Shown: positions 1-9,771, numbered from the stretch's first letter. The stretch is 64,000 nt of DNA from Pseudomonadales bacterium (GCA_046582185.1 JAYGEX010000033.1:168-64167), one strand, 5' to 3'. Notes: generated by a model not told the origin, from the sequence alone. Numbers and translations: made by a program.

Positions 1-224
1 GCGTCAAATATGAGGAGGTTTACCTGAAGGCATACGATGACATCAGAAGCGCCAGGAAGTCGCTTGACGTGTATTTTGACTTCTATAATATGGAGAGACG
101 ACACCAATCACTTGACCGGCAAACACCAGATCAAGTTTACTATGAGAACGCAGCCAGGAAGGCCGCGTAAACTAATGGAAGACACTTATAGCACTGTCCA
201 ACAAATGGGGTCCACTTCTCTACA
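1..224 (+). mobile_element. 3' end of an IS3-family insertion sequence (transposase OrfB C-terminus plus putative right inverted repeat), truncated by the window edge
   Basis: Frame 3, nt 3-170, reads VKYEEVYLKAYDDIRSARKSLDVYFDFYNMERRHQSLDRQTPDQVYYENAARKAA*. This is the YN..R.H.SL...TP..Y tail of rve/DDE integrase-core transposases. The reverse complement of 191-224 reads TGTAGAGAAGTGGACCCCATTTGTTGGACAGTGC, which from memory resembles IS150/IS3-group ends (TGTA..GACCCCA..TTGGACAGT). Confidence 0.75.
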
Positions 225-258
225 AATAACCATTGATCAAAAATTGGGGAACAGAAAC

Positions 259-882
259 TTGAATACCTTACGCATTATTTCATTGTTTAGCGCACTCTGC
301 TTTGCTATCGGGACGATAAACACGGCTCAGGCTACAACTGGTACGCGAATGAAATCACAGGATGAGTCGCCCACAGAAATTGCCGACCGACACTACAGGC
401 GTGGCCTAAAAGCAGCAAATAAAGCTGATGGTTACATTGCAAAAGCAGTCGAGCAATCCAATGAGAAGAAAAGACAGAGTCTGTTTACTAAATCCGACAA
501 GCAATTAAAGAAGGCAATCAAACTTTACGGGAAGGCGCTTGATTACAAACCTTCAATGTCAATTGTGCATTCCGACCTTGGTAAGGCGCTGGTAAAAACT
601 GGCCAGTTCGAAGCAGCAATTCCAGTACTGGACGATGCAATCAACGCAGCACGGGCCAGCGTACAAACCTTATCATTTCAAACTGAGGCACTCATTTGCA
701 TAGGCCAGGCTGATCAAGCTAATAAAGTCTACTCTGAGCTGATGGACCTCGATTCAGATGCCGCATCGGAATTCCTGAAATACGCCTCCAGCGTCGCCGC
801 TATGAATCGTAACGCTGGCAGCGCTGAACTACAGAAATGGCTGGCACATCAGAACATGCAATCCTCTGCAACGAGTCGTTAG
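259..882 (+). CDS. secreted TPR-like repeat protein
   Basis: In-frame TTG at 259 is preceded by GGGGA (246-250) and gives MNTLRIISLFSALCFAIGTINTAQA, a clean signal peptide. The rest is helical, TPR-like (AIKLYGKALDYKP.., GQFEAAIPVLDDAI). The longer 37..882 ORF reads through the IS end and is rejected. Confidence 0.5.
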   Translation: MNTLRIISLFSALCFAIGTINTAQATTGTRMKSQDESPTEIADRHYRRGLKAANKADGYIAKAVEQSNEKKRQSLFTKSDKQLKKAIKLYGKALDYKPSMSIVHSDLGKALVKTGQFEAAIPVLDDAINAARASVQTLSFQTEALICIGQADQANKVYSELMDLDSDAASEFLKYASSVAAMNRNAGSAELQKWLAHQNMQSSATSR

Positions 883-906
883 ACTTTAGAGATTAGGCTT
901 TAGAGA

Positions 907-2328
907 TTAGAGTTTCGTATTTCCGGGCGCTTCATCGCTGGCGCTGCTGTATGCCTTGGTTAAGCGGTACAGAAACTCCAGGCCATCAAAGAACGATTGT
1001 TTCAGTATCCGCTCATTCCTGCCATGACTCCTGTTCTCACCGGCAGTGGTGAAGATGCCGGACACGCCATAAACCGGCGTACCGGCATTCCTAAAGAATA
1101 GACCGTCTGTTGCCCCTGTACTCATTGCGGGCACCACGGCAACGCCTGGCCACATGTCTTCACTAATCTGTCTTATGGGCGACATGATATTTTCCTTCAA
1201 GGGCGACGGATCACTTGGCGTCGCGTCCTTCACCGGGGTTATCGACACGATGTCATCAGCAATGACCCTTGCGAGGGTGGCTTGAACTTTGGCGACCTCA
1301 AAACCCGGCAATATCCGGCAATTAACCGTTGCCCGAGCCCGCTGAGGCAGCGCGTTTTCAGCGTGTCCAGCCTCGAGCTGTGTGGCGACACATGTGGTTC
1401 GGAACAAGGAGCCGAAACTCTTCTCCAAAGAGCGAATGCTCTCTTCATCCGGTGGGCTTTGCAGAAGGCCGGGAATCATCACAGCCATGTTCTCTGGCAT
1501 CGTCGAAACAGAAGCTGCAAACATTGCCCTGGTGGTCGCGTTTAGCGCAAAGGGAAACTGATATTCCTCGATTTGAATCAACGCTCGCGCCAGCTGATAT
1601 ATGGCGTTGTCCGGCTTTGGACGGGAACTGTGTCCTCCGGGGTTGGTGACCTCCAATGTATAAGACTGGTACACCTTCTCCGCTGCCTGAACTCGAAGGA
1701 CATCGTGCTCGCCATTAAGAATGGTACCGCCGCCACCTTCGTTTAGAACAAATGCAACATCGATCAAATCGGGAAATTTCTCCAACAGGTATTGAACGCC
1801 ATTCTCTGGCCCACCTTCTTCATCTGCTGTCAGGGCAACGACGATATCTCGATTGGGTTTATAACCATGGGTCTTCATCCAGATCAGATTGGCAATATGA
1901 ATAGCAGCTTCATCCTTGTCATCAAGTGTGCCGCGACCGTAATAGTGATCTTTCTGTTCACGAAATTCGAAGGGATCAAAGCTCCAGTCTTCAGGGTTCG
2001 CCTCAACCACATCAATATGCGCCAGCAATAAAATGGGATCCTTAACTGGGTTTTCACTCCGCAGCCGGGCAACAAGATTACCCTTCCTTGGCGCATTGAT
2101 GATTACCTGCACATCTTCTTCAGGAAATCCGGCTGCAAGTAATCTATCCGCCATTTTCTGCGCTGCAATAACTGTATTGCCTCTCGAATAGGTCGTATCG
2201 GTTTCTATGAGTTCCTTGAAAATGTCCAGGGCAAGTTGTTCATGCTCTGTAAGCGCCTTGGCACCGGCAAATTGCATCACGAACATTGATAAGAAAATCA
2301 ACGTTAAGAAGAACAGCGAAAACTTCAT
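907..2328 (-). CDS. M20/M25/M40 family metallopeptidase, secreted
   Basis: Signal peptide MKFSLFFLTLIFLSMFVMQFAGA. Motifs LLLAHIDVVEA, YGRGTLDDKDE and TADEEGG are typical of M20 dinuclear metallohydrolases. Confidence 0.8.
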   Translation of the reverse strand: MKFSLFFLTLIFLSMFVMQFAGAKALTEHEQLALDIFKELIETDTTYSRGNTVIAAQKMADRLLAAGFPEEDVQVIINAPRKGNLVARLRSENPVKDPILLLAHIDVVEANPEDWSFDPFEFREQKDHYYGRGTLDDKDEAAIHIANLIWMKTHGYKPNRDIVVALTADEEGGPENGVQYLLEKFPDLIDVAFVLNEGGGGTILNGEHDVLRVQAAEKVYQSYTLEVTNPGGHSSRPKPDNAIYQLARALIQIEEYQFPFALNATTRAMFAASVSTMPENMAVMIPGLLQSPPDEESIRSLEKSFGSLFRTTCVATQLEAGHAENALPQRARATVNCRILPGFEVAKVQATLARVIADDIVSITPVKDATPSDPSPLKENIMSPIRQISEDMWPGVAVVPAMSTGATDGLFFRNAGTPVYGVSGIFTTAGENRSHGRNERILKQSFFDGLEFLYRLTKAYSSASDEAPGNTKL

Positions 2329-2374
2329 GGTCAGTAACCTCAGATCTTATTGTTTTTGGGGGAAAACTAAGCGT

Positions 2375-2683
2375 CTAACGGTGCTCCGGATTCTTCTCTT
2401 TAAAGGCCGCCTGCTGCTCAGGTGTTGCTTCCTTCTGATAGAGCCCCTTCCACTCCTTGTAGGGAATCCCGTAGATTATTTCCCTTGCCTCTTCATAATC
2501 CAGCTCAATTCCTTTATCCTCTGCCGCCGCCCGATACCACTTGCTGAGACAATTTCGACAGAAACTGGCAAGGTTCATCAGATCGATGTTCTGGACATCT
2601 TTGTTTTCGTCGAGATGCTGTACCAGTCGGCGGAAGGCCGCGGCTTCGACTTCGGTTTGAGTTTGTTGGTCCATTGGTTTCAC
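2375..2683 (-). CDS. DUF1244-family small protein
   Basis: 102 aa with AAFRRLVQHLDENKDVQNIDLMNLASFCRNCLSKWY. This matches my recollection of the DUF1244 family; not verified by search. Confidence 0.55.
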   Translation of the reverse strand: MKPMDQQTQTEVEAAAFRRLVQHLDENKDVQNIDLMNLASFCRNCLSKWYRAAAEDKGIELDYEEAREIIYGIPYKEWKGLYQKEATPEQQAAFKEKNPEHR

Positions 2684-2739
2684 CTTTCAATATTAGATAA
2701 GCGACACAATAGCGCATCAGGGAAAAGTTTCCACCAGCC

Positions 2740-5562
2740 ATGACTGATTTTAAAACCGGACAGAAATGGATTAGCAACGCAGAGCCAGAACTTGGAATGG
2801 GCCGTGTTCTAAGAATGGAACACAGGCAGATTACATTGTTTTTCGACCTGGTTGACGAAGAGCGAATCTATGCCCGATCAGAGGCTCCCCTGACTCGAGT
2901 GAAATTTAATCACGGCGACGAGATCAAAACGCTGGACGGCATTATTCTGCGAATTAATTCTGTGCTGGAACAAGATGGCATGCATATCTACTACGGGGAC
3001 TACATGGGGACCGAGACCATCATCCCGGAGACCGAACTGGACCCCAATGTTCGCTTCAGCAAACCCCAGGAGCGACTGTTTACCCATCAGCTGGATGATA
3101 ACCGCTGGTTCAATCTTCGCTATTATTCGCTGGACCGGATTGCCCAATTAGCAGAAGCAGGATCGCGGGGTTTTTATGGACCTCGTGTATCTCTCATCCC
3201 ACACCAACTCTATATCGCCAGTGAAGTCGCCAATCGATTCGCACCACGGGTCTTGCTTGCGGACGAAGTAGGACTGGGCAAGACAATTGAAGCCGGGCTA
3301 ATCATCCATCAGCAACTACAAACCGGGCGTGCACGTCGGGTACTGGTTGTTGTACCTCCGGCACTCACCTTTCAGTGGTTTGTGGAAATGATTCGCCGCT
3401 TTAACCTCCAGTTTACTGTCATGGATGAAGAGCGCTGCCTGCAGATCGCAGAGGATAATGCGCCCGAATTCGAAGACGATGACAATGACCTATTGCTGGA
3501 CAATCCCTTCGAAGCACAGCAACTGGTTCTGTGTTCCCTAGATCTCTTCACTGAACATCAAAAGCGCCTCGAGGAGGCAATGGCAAGTAAGTGGGATCTC
3601 GTCGTAGTTGACGAAGCCCACCACCTGAAATGGACGCCAGAGGAAACCAGTGATGAATACCATGTTGTTGAACAACTATCGAAGTCATCTACCGGACTCT
3701 TGTTGCTCACAGCCACGCCTGAACAGCTTGGCAGAACAGGCCACTTTGCAAGGCTTCGCTTACTGGATCCTCATCGATATCACGACTACGACACTTTTGT
3801 CGCCGAGGAAGATGCATTCTCGGACATCGCCGAGGCTGTTAACTTATTGCTGAGTGGTAACACTGAAGAACAGGCTTCTGCCCGGACAGGCATCATCAAA
3901 ATTCTGGGCACAACAGAATCACGAAGCGACGAGCAGCTGGTTTCGTCCCTGCTGGACAGGCATGGCACCGGCCGGGTTCTGTTTCGCAATGTTCGATCCT
4001 CTATTAAGGGTTTCCCAAAGAGAATTCCGATCACCGTGCCACTATCATTACCGACTATTTATCAGAACAGTACCGCCTTCTATCCCGAAACTGACTTTAG
4101 TTCCTGGACTAATTCCGATACGCGGGTGAGCTGGCTGGCCGAGCTCCTGGCAAATTCTAACGACAAACATCTGGTCATATGTGCCCATCAGGAAACTGCA
4201 GTTTCCCTGGACCAATACCTGAAAAACAATACCGTCATTCGTTCTACCGTCTTTCATGAAGGAATGGATCTTGTTGCCAGGGACAGAGCGGCAAATTATT
4301 TTTCCGAGACCTACAAAGGGGCGCAGGTCATGATTTGCTCCGAAATAGGCAGCGAAGGCAGGAACTTTCAATTCGCCAGCCATCTCGTATTGTTCGACCT
4401 GCCTCTGGGTGCGGACCTTCTCGAACAAAGGATCGGACGCCTGGATCGAATCGGCCAGAATAACGATGTCACCATTTATATTCCCTATTTTGAAGACTCG
4501 GTCACACAGGATCTGGTGCGCTGGTATCACGAGGCCCTGGATTTATTCTCTGAGCCCAATCCCGTTGGGCAAAGTCTGTTCGATGACCTCTTCGAAGAAT
4601 TTACAAGCAGCAACGATATTGATGCCTTTCTGGACAAGGCGAAAATATTAAATCAATCGCGCCTCGATGCTGTCAGTAAAGGCAGGGATAGACTTCTTGA
4701 GCTGAACTCCCACAGTCCGGAAAAATCAGCCCAGATCGTGAAAGACATAACTGCCGGTGAAGGCGGACCCTCACTGGAGGCCTATATGGAGCTTTCATTT
4801 GATGTCTTTGGCCTCGAGTCCGAACCCATGGGCAATGGCGTGCACGGCATCAAGCCGACAGAAACCATGGTACGAAATCAATCTATCAGCCTTGAAACCC
4901 TCGGGCATTTTCACTACCCCGAATTACCCGAAGAAGGCATTCTTATAAGCTATGACAGGGACACCGCCCTCAGCCGGGAAGATGTGAGCTTCTTTACCTG
5001 GGAAAACCCCATGGTCCAGCAAGCCATGGATGTGGTTCTGTCGGACGTTACCGGCAATAGTGCAATGATTGTCATCAAGAACCCGGACCTCAAGGCCGGC
5101 ACACTTTTGCTTGAAGTCTTACACGTCGTTCATTGTGTCGCGCCCAGCGAATTTATGGTCGACAGATTTATGCCGCCCCTGGTATTCCGGTCCATGATCA
5201 CGCCTGACTTCAAGGACATTGCTGATTCCCGCCCATTCGAAGACTTTCCCGGGCATCTGAAGATTCATAGCGACGCGCTGCACAAGATTCTGGACTCTCA
5301 GTCAGTAGGCTTAAATAATATGTTAGAACGAGCGCAGAAAAATGTCGCAGATGAACTTATTTCACTAATTGATCGTGGCAGAAATACCATGCACACGGAG
5401 CTGGACCTGGAAATAGAAAGACTTGAACAGCTGATGAAAGTTAACAGTAATGTAAGATTGGAAGAGATCGACTTTCTTAAGCACAGGCGAGAACTGTTAT
5501 CCGAGGCCATCAATAATACCAGCATGAGAATGGATGCAATTCGAGTGATTGTCTGCGCTTAA
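2740..5562 (+). CDS. rapA: RNA polymerase-associated SNF2 ATPase RapA (HepA)
   Basis: 940 aa. RapA-type N-terminus (F.TGQKWISNAEPELGMG.V), helicase motif I LLADEVGLGKTIEAG, motif II VVVDEAHHL, and a C-terminal helicase domain with LEQRIGRLDRIGQ. Confidence 0.95.
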   Translation: MTDFKTGQKWISNAEPELGMGRVLRMEHRQITLFFDLVDEERIYARSEAPLTRVKFNHGDEIKTLDGIILRINSVLEQDGMHIYYGDYMGTETIIPETELDPNVRFSKPQERLFTHQLDDNRWFNLRYYSLDRIAQLAEAGSRGFYGPRVSLIPHQLYIASEVANRFAPRVLLADEVGLGKTIEAGLIIHQQLQTGRARRVLVVVPPALTFQWFVEMIRRFNLQFTVMDEERCLQIAEDNAPEFEDDDNDLLLDNPFEAQQLVLCSLDLFTEHQKRLEEAMASKWDLVVVDEAHHLKWTPEETSDEYHVVEQLSKSSTGLLLLTATPEQLGRTGHFARLRLLDPHRYHDYDTFVAEEDAFSDIAEAVNLLLSGNTEEQASARTGIIKILGTTESRSDEQLVSSLLDRHGTGRVLFRNVRSSIKGFPKRIPITVPLSLPTIYQNSTAFYPETDFSSWTNSDTRVSWLAELLANSNDKHLVICAHQETAVSLDQYLKNNTVIRSTVFHEGMDLVARDRAANYFSETYKGAQVMICSEIGSEGRNFQFASHLVLFDLPLGADLLEQRIGRLDRIGQNNDVTIYIPYFEDSVTQDLVRWYHEALDLFSEPNPVGQSLFDDLFEEFTSSNDIDAFLDKAKILNQSRLDAVSKGRDRLLELNSHSPEKSAQIVKDITAGEGGPSLEAYMELSFDVFGLESEPMGNGVHGIKPTETMVRNQSISLETLGHFHYPELPEEGILISYDRDTALSREDVSFFTWENPMVQQAMDVVLSDVTGNSAMIVIKNPDLKAGTLLLEVLHVVHCVAPSEFMVDRFMPPLVFRSMITPDFKDIADSRPFEDFPGHLKIHSDALHKILDSQSVGLNNMLERAQKNVADELISLIDRGRNTMHTELDLEIERLEQLMKVNSNVRLEEIDFLKHRRELLSEAINNTSMRMDAIRVIVCA

Positions 5563-5568
5563 GAAATC

Positions 5569-5604
5569 TCTTTATTGGGTGAGGCCTCTTTATTAGGTGA
5601 GGCC
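5569..5604. repeat. 18-bp tandem duplication (2 units, 1 mismatch) between the convergent rapA and FKBP stops
   Basis: TCTTTATTGGGTGAGGCC / TCTTTATTAGGTGAGGCC. Each unit carries the 8-bp palindrome GAGGCCTC. Confidence 0.9.
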
Positions 5605-5610
5605 TCCTGT

Positions 5611-6096
5611 CTAAGATAAGCCTGGGCGCGATGGAGGCCGCTTGGCATTCATCACCTCCAGTTCTTCCGCGCTCGCCTCCCTTGCTTCCAGGACTTTGAT
5701 ATCAAAGTTGAAGGTGACGCCAGCCAGGGGATGATTTGAATCAATCGTTACGTGTTCATCACTTACTTCAACGACTCGCGCTACCTCTCCGTCACCACCA
5801 GCGCCTACCTGGAAAATCATACCCACTGCCAGATCATCGGCATCAAACATCTCACGAGATATGTTGCGTATCAACGATCGTTTGGAAAACCCATAGGCCT
5901 CTCCCGGCTCAATCGTGACCGAAAACTCTTCGCCAACGCTCCTGCCCGCAAGAGCCTCCTGCAGTCCAATAATTGTGTCGTTATCGCCCTCAACGAAGGA
6001 AATTGCTTCTCCTCCATCGGAGGAGTCAACGACGACGCCCTCATTATTGAGAATTGAATAGTTAAACCTGTAGAAACGGGGCATCGTAACATCCAT
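5611..6096 (-). CDS. FKBP-type peptidyl-prolyl cis-trans isomerase (SlyD/SlpA-like)
   Basis: Shows the Y.I.NNEG.VVDSS.., TIIGLQEALAGRSVGEEFSVTIEPGEAYG, HPLAG..F.F.I.V pattern of SlyD-type FKBPs with an insert-in-flap. An alternative start is M5 at 6084. Confidence 0.8.
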   Translation of the reverse strand: MDVTMPRFYRFNYSILNNEGVVVDSSDGGEAISFVEGDNDTIIGLQEALAGRSVGEEFSVTIEPGEAYGFSKRSLIRNISREMFDADDLAVGMIFQVGAGGDGEVARVVEVSDEHVTIDSNHPLAGVTFNFDIKVLEAREASAEELEVMNAKRPPSRPGLS

Positions 6097-6129
6097 TGAA
6101 TCGACGTTAAGTTTAATCGAAATTCCTGG

Positions 6130-7224
6130 CTAAGCACCAAGATAGGCTTTCCAGGAGCTGGATTGCCGCCGCCATGATATCGAATCAACGCTGCCGCTTT
6201 CCAGTGATACCTCGCCTCTTGCAATCCGTTCTATCAAATCTACAGCCCCAGCTGCATTGCAATAACGCAATTCCCGAGGAACGTATTCCGGATAGGAAAG
6301 CGAATCCGGGACCACCGGCGTACAAGCTGATGCCATGGCCTCCTGAACAGACAAACCCTGGAACTCGTGTTTAGCCGTTGATAATACGCAATGGCATGTG
6401 CCCAATAATGAAAGATATTCGTCTCGATCTTCGATAAAACCTAGTTTCCCGAGGGCTTTATTAACCTTCAACAAATCTATAATTTCCTGAATTGCCGAAG
6501 GTATTGACCTGAATTGTTGGCCAATCAGGTGTAGCTCAAAATCAAGGCCATGATTCAACAAGCCGTGAACAATTTGCCTGAGTTCACCCAGACCCTTGTC
6601 ATATTCCCAGCGGTGATTCCAGACAATAGAAAACCGGGGCGATTTCCTGTTGTTCTGATAACACTCATCACCAAGAGGCACAGGCAGGACACTTGATTTT
6701 GCCTCCAGTGAAACATCGATACCAGCTGGCACATGATCCGGCATTTTCCGTAGCAAGGACTTCACTCCGCTGAGAAAAGTATCCCGGTTGAATGCTGAAT
6801 TAAAAACCAATTGGTCAGCGGCAATGGCGCTATACAGGCTGGTAATCTGTCGTTCAATGACGCGGTCTTGCTTTTCTGTTTCTGAATGCTTCGACTGCGG
6901 ATATGCAAACTGGTTTTCATGGAAATACAAAACGCTGGGCAGGCCGGCAATTTTTTTGTTCATTCCGATGAGTGAGGACAGATCGGTCATCGATGTTGCG
7001 ATCAAAAGATCATATATGCCATCTAAACGTGCATCATGCGACATCGTTAAACTGTTACCCCTGAACCGCCAACTAAAGTACCTGGCGGGAAGAACAATCT
7101 GTGTGAACTCCACCTCTGCAAATTCACTAACCAGATTCTCCCGCCAATACCTGTGGCTCATTGCATCATAAGGAGATAGCAAGAGAACTCTCTTTGCAGC
7201 AGATTTTTTCTCAAGCCCTGGCAT
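6130..7224 (-). CDS. DUF3524 / glycosyltransferase family 1 protein (tRNA-queuosine mannosyltransferase-like, GTDC1/QTMAN homolog)
   Basis: N-terminus LLLSPYDAMSHRYWRENLVSEF..VLPARYFSWRFRGNSL matches the DUF3524 signature as I remember it. The C-terminal half is GT1-like (EFQGLSVQEAMASACTPVVPD). Confidence 0.65.
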   Translation of the reverse strand: MPGLEKKSAAKRVLLLSPYDAMSHRYWRENLVSEFAEVEFTQIVLPARYFSWRFRGNSLTMSHDARLDGIYDLLIATSMTDLSSLIGMNKKIAGLPSVLYFHENQFAYPQSKHSETEKQDRVIERQITSLYSAIAADQLVFNSAFNRDTFLSGVKSLLRKMPDHVPAGIDVSLEAKSSVLPVPLGDECYQNNRKSPRFSIVWNHRWEYDKGLGELRQIVHGLLNHGLDFELHLIGQQFRSIPSAIQEIIDLLKVNKALGKLGFIEDRDEYLSLLGTCHCVLSTAKHEFQGLSVQEAMASACTPVVPDSLSYPEYVPRELRYCNAAGAVDLIERIARGEVSLESGSVDSISWRRQSSSWKAYLGA

Positions 7225-7383
7225 AAGCCCTGAATTTTCCCGGTTGTTGGTTTATTGAGTGCGCACGAGGCACAATGGTACCGCTAATCTCGATGCTTCT
7301 GTAGAATGGGAAGATAATATACCGAATACAATAATTACACTGAAAGCACTTACACCGAAAAAATAAAACAGAGAGTTAGCACA

Positions 7384-8592
7384 ATGACAGCAATGGTCGT
7401 AGTAGGCGCAGGGCAGGCAGCAGGGCAAGCAGTAGCAAGTCTGCGCCAGGCAGGGTATGAAGGCGAGATCGTTCTCCTTGGCGATGAAGCCCACCCTCCT
7501 TACCAGCGCCCTCCATTGTCAAAGCAATACCTGTCTGGCGAGCATGGCCTGGAGAAGGTTTATTTGCGTCCGGAAAAATTCTATAAGGATAGAAATATCG
7601 ACCTGCGAACCGGCGTAACTGTGAGCAGCATTGATCCAGCGACAAAAACTGTCTCACTGGATGGCGGGGAAACCATCGAATACGAAAAACTTCTCATTGC
7701 CATAGGCAGTCGGCCACGAAAACTTAATATAGAAGGCAGCGATCTTAAGGGAATTCACTATTTACGTACGATTGCCGATGTCGATGAAATAAGCGAGGCA
7801 ATGAAAACAGCGAAGAGCCTGTGCATTGTAGGCGGCGGCTATATTGGATTGGAAGTTGCATCGGTTGCTGTGGTTGCAGGCCTCGAAGTTAACGTTCTGG
7901 AAATGGAAGACAGGATCTTGCAACGTGTTACGACGCCAGAAATGAGCGAGTTCTATCATCAGCTGCATACCAGTCGGGGCGTCAAGATACACCTGAATAC
8001 CGGCTGTTCCGGATTCGAGGGGACTGATAGTGTAGAACGCGTCATTTGCGGCGACAGGGCAATCGAAGCTGATCTAGTGATCGTCGGTATCGGTATTATT
8101 CCCAACATTGCACTGGGCAAGGATGCAGGCCTCACATGTGATAATGGAATTGTGGTTGATGATCACTGTCGCACCTCCGATGAGCACATCTATGCGGCAG
8201 GTGACTGTACCAATCATCCCAACCCAATACTCGGCCGCCGCTTAAGGCTGGAGTCCGTCCCCAACGCCATGGATCAGGCACGAACCGCGAGCTCTAATAT
8301 GCTTGGCACTGACAAAACCTACGCAGCCATCCCCTGGTTCTGGTCAGATCAGTATGAATTGAAATTACAAATGGTTGGATTTTCCTCCGATGGCGATACC
8401 CAGGTTGTTAGAGGCGACAAGGAAGCTAATCAGTTTGCCGTGTTCTATCTGAACGAAGGCGCGGTTGTTGCCGTTGATGCAGTGAATAGCCCGAGAGAAT
8501 TTATGGTAGCCAAACAACTCTACGGCAAACAGGTGGATGCCAGCCAGCTGGCAGATGTCGACTTTGAACTCAAGACGCTGCTGAAGAAATAG
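7384..8592 (+). CDS. FAD-dependent ferredoxin reductase (putidaredoxin-reductase type)
   Basis: VVVGAGQAAGQ (FAD GxGxxG), PPYQRPPLSK, second Rossmann motif IVGGGYIGLEVA, and AAGDC near the C-terminal third. Confidence 0.9.
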   Translation: MTAMVVVGAGQAAGQAVASLRQAGYEGEIVLLGDEAHPPYQRPPLSKQYLSGEHGLEKVYLRPEKFYKDRNIDLRTGVTVSSIDPATKTVSLDGGETIEYEKLLIAIGSRPRKLNIEGSDLKGIHYLRTIADVDEISEAMKTAKSLCIVGGGYIGLEVASVAVVAGLEVNVLEMEDRILQRVTTPEMSEFYHQLHTSRGVKIHLNTGCSGFEGTDSVERVICGDRAIEADLVIVGIGIIPNIALGKDAGLTCDNGIVVDDHCRTSDEHIYAAGDCTNHPNPILGRRLRLESVPNAMDQARTASSNMLGTDKTYAAIPWFWSDQYELKLQMVGFSSDGDTQVVRGDKEANQFAVFYLNEGAVVAVDAVNSPREFMVAKQLYGKQVDASQLADVDFELKTLLKK

Positions 8593-8621
8593 CCGTTACA
8601 AAGTTAGCACAACCTTGGTAC

Positions 8622-9644
8622 TCAGCGTGCGAGAATCTGCGTACGAAGTGCGCTCGGTGCGTAGCCAAACAATCGTTTGCAGGCCCGGCTGAAATTGCCG
8701 GCATCCTGGTATCCCAGTTGCAGGCTGATCTCAGACAGGGACTTCTTGTTTTCCTGGATCTGCTTCATGATCAGCTTTCTTAATAATTCATCCCGCAGGG
8801 TTTGAAAGGTTGTCTCGCAGCTCTTCAACCGCCGGATCAAGGTTCGTTTTGAAACTCCCATGGCGATTGCGACAGTCTCTGCATTGGGAATGGTCTTACT
8901 GGGCACTCGCTCTTCAATTCTTACCTGGTATGCTTCGTTCAGGATGCGCCTAACCACATGCAGCGTTGTGTCCTCTTCCCTGGCCGCGAGGATCTCCTCA
9001 CATTGGGCGATGCTGGATTGATAAACCACTTCATTGTGAAATGGTGACACAACCATGGCAACAGAACCTGGCACATCAAACATGAGCTTCTCAGCTGAAA
9101 ACACAAAACCACCATGGATCCATCGGCCATAGTGTTCACTGTTTTCTGGCTGAGGGAAGGGAAAATGCCACAGCGTTGGCGTAGTGGTCGCACCAATTGA
9201 TTCAATGTAAGACTGAAAGACCATGCACAGTGTTTCACACACTCGCTGCCGGTAACGATCAATATTCTGATGGCTCTCAAAGACAACCCTGATAGCATCA
9301 TTTTGGGTTTCAATGTAGCTGTGCGTATACGGCGTCCTGGTGCCGATATATTTCGAAAGTAAGGCTAAACCGTCTCGGGCAGTGGGCGCCGAAATCGCTC
9401 CAAACCCGAGTCCACCATGACTCGTAATACCAAGCCGATTACCAAAGGTGAACCCCCAGTCAGCCTGATCGTTCCAGCGTGTGTAGCGATCCAGTATGAC
9501 GAGGTAGTCCTCGTAGTGAAAATATTCTTTATTTTCAATATCTTCCAATGCAAAGTTAAGGCCATACAATAGGTCATCACCCTGGAGTAAGGCATCACGA
9601 ATCATCATTACCGCATATGCGGTTGGCATTTCCGGGATAGTCAT
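8622..9644 (-). CDS. AraC-family transcriptional regulator
   Basis: C-terminal double HTH: VAIAMGVSKRTLIRRLK...LSEISLQLGYQDAGNFSRACKRLFGYAPSALR. Divergent from the ferredoxin-P450 pair. Confidence 0.9.
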   Translation of the reverse strand: MTIPEMPTAYAVMMIRDALLQGDDLLYGLNFALEDIENKEYFHYEDYLVILDRYTRWNDQADWGFTFGNRLGITSHGGLGFGAISAPTARDGLALLSKYIGTRTPYTHSYIETQNDAIRVVFESHQNIDRYRQRVCETLCMVFQSYIESIGATTTPTLWHFPFPQPENSEHYGRWIHGGFVFSAEKLMFDVPGSVAMVVSPFHNEVVYQSSIAQCEEILAAREEDTTLHVVRRILNEAYQVRIEERVPSKTIPNAETVAIAMGVSKRTLIRRLKSCETTFQTLRDELLRKLIMKQIQENKKSLSEISLQLGYQDAGNFSRACKRLFGYAPSALRTQILAR

Positions 9645-9771
9645 TGAAGGCTGTTATTCACCGTTGGCACTATATGACAAGAATACTGTCACAAATGGAG
9701 ATTCGCCACAACACTTGGGATGGTTATGATGTCACTCGATTTAATTCAAACAAAAATGGAGTAAGTAATAA

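Noticed and set aside
37-258. N-terminal 74 codons of the 281-aa ORF 37..882
   Set aside because: This stretch overlaps the IS3 transposase 3' end and the IS terminal repeat in another frame. A TTG start at 259 gives a proper RBS and signal peptide.
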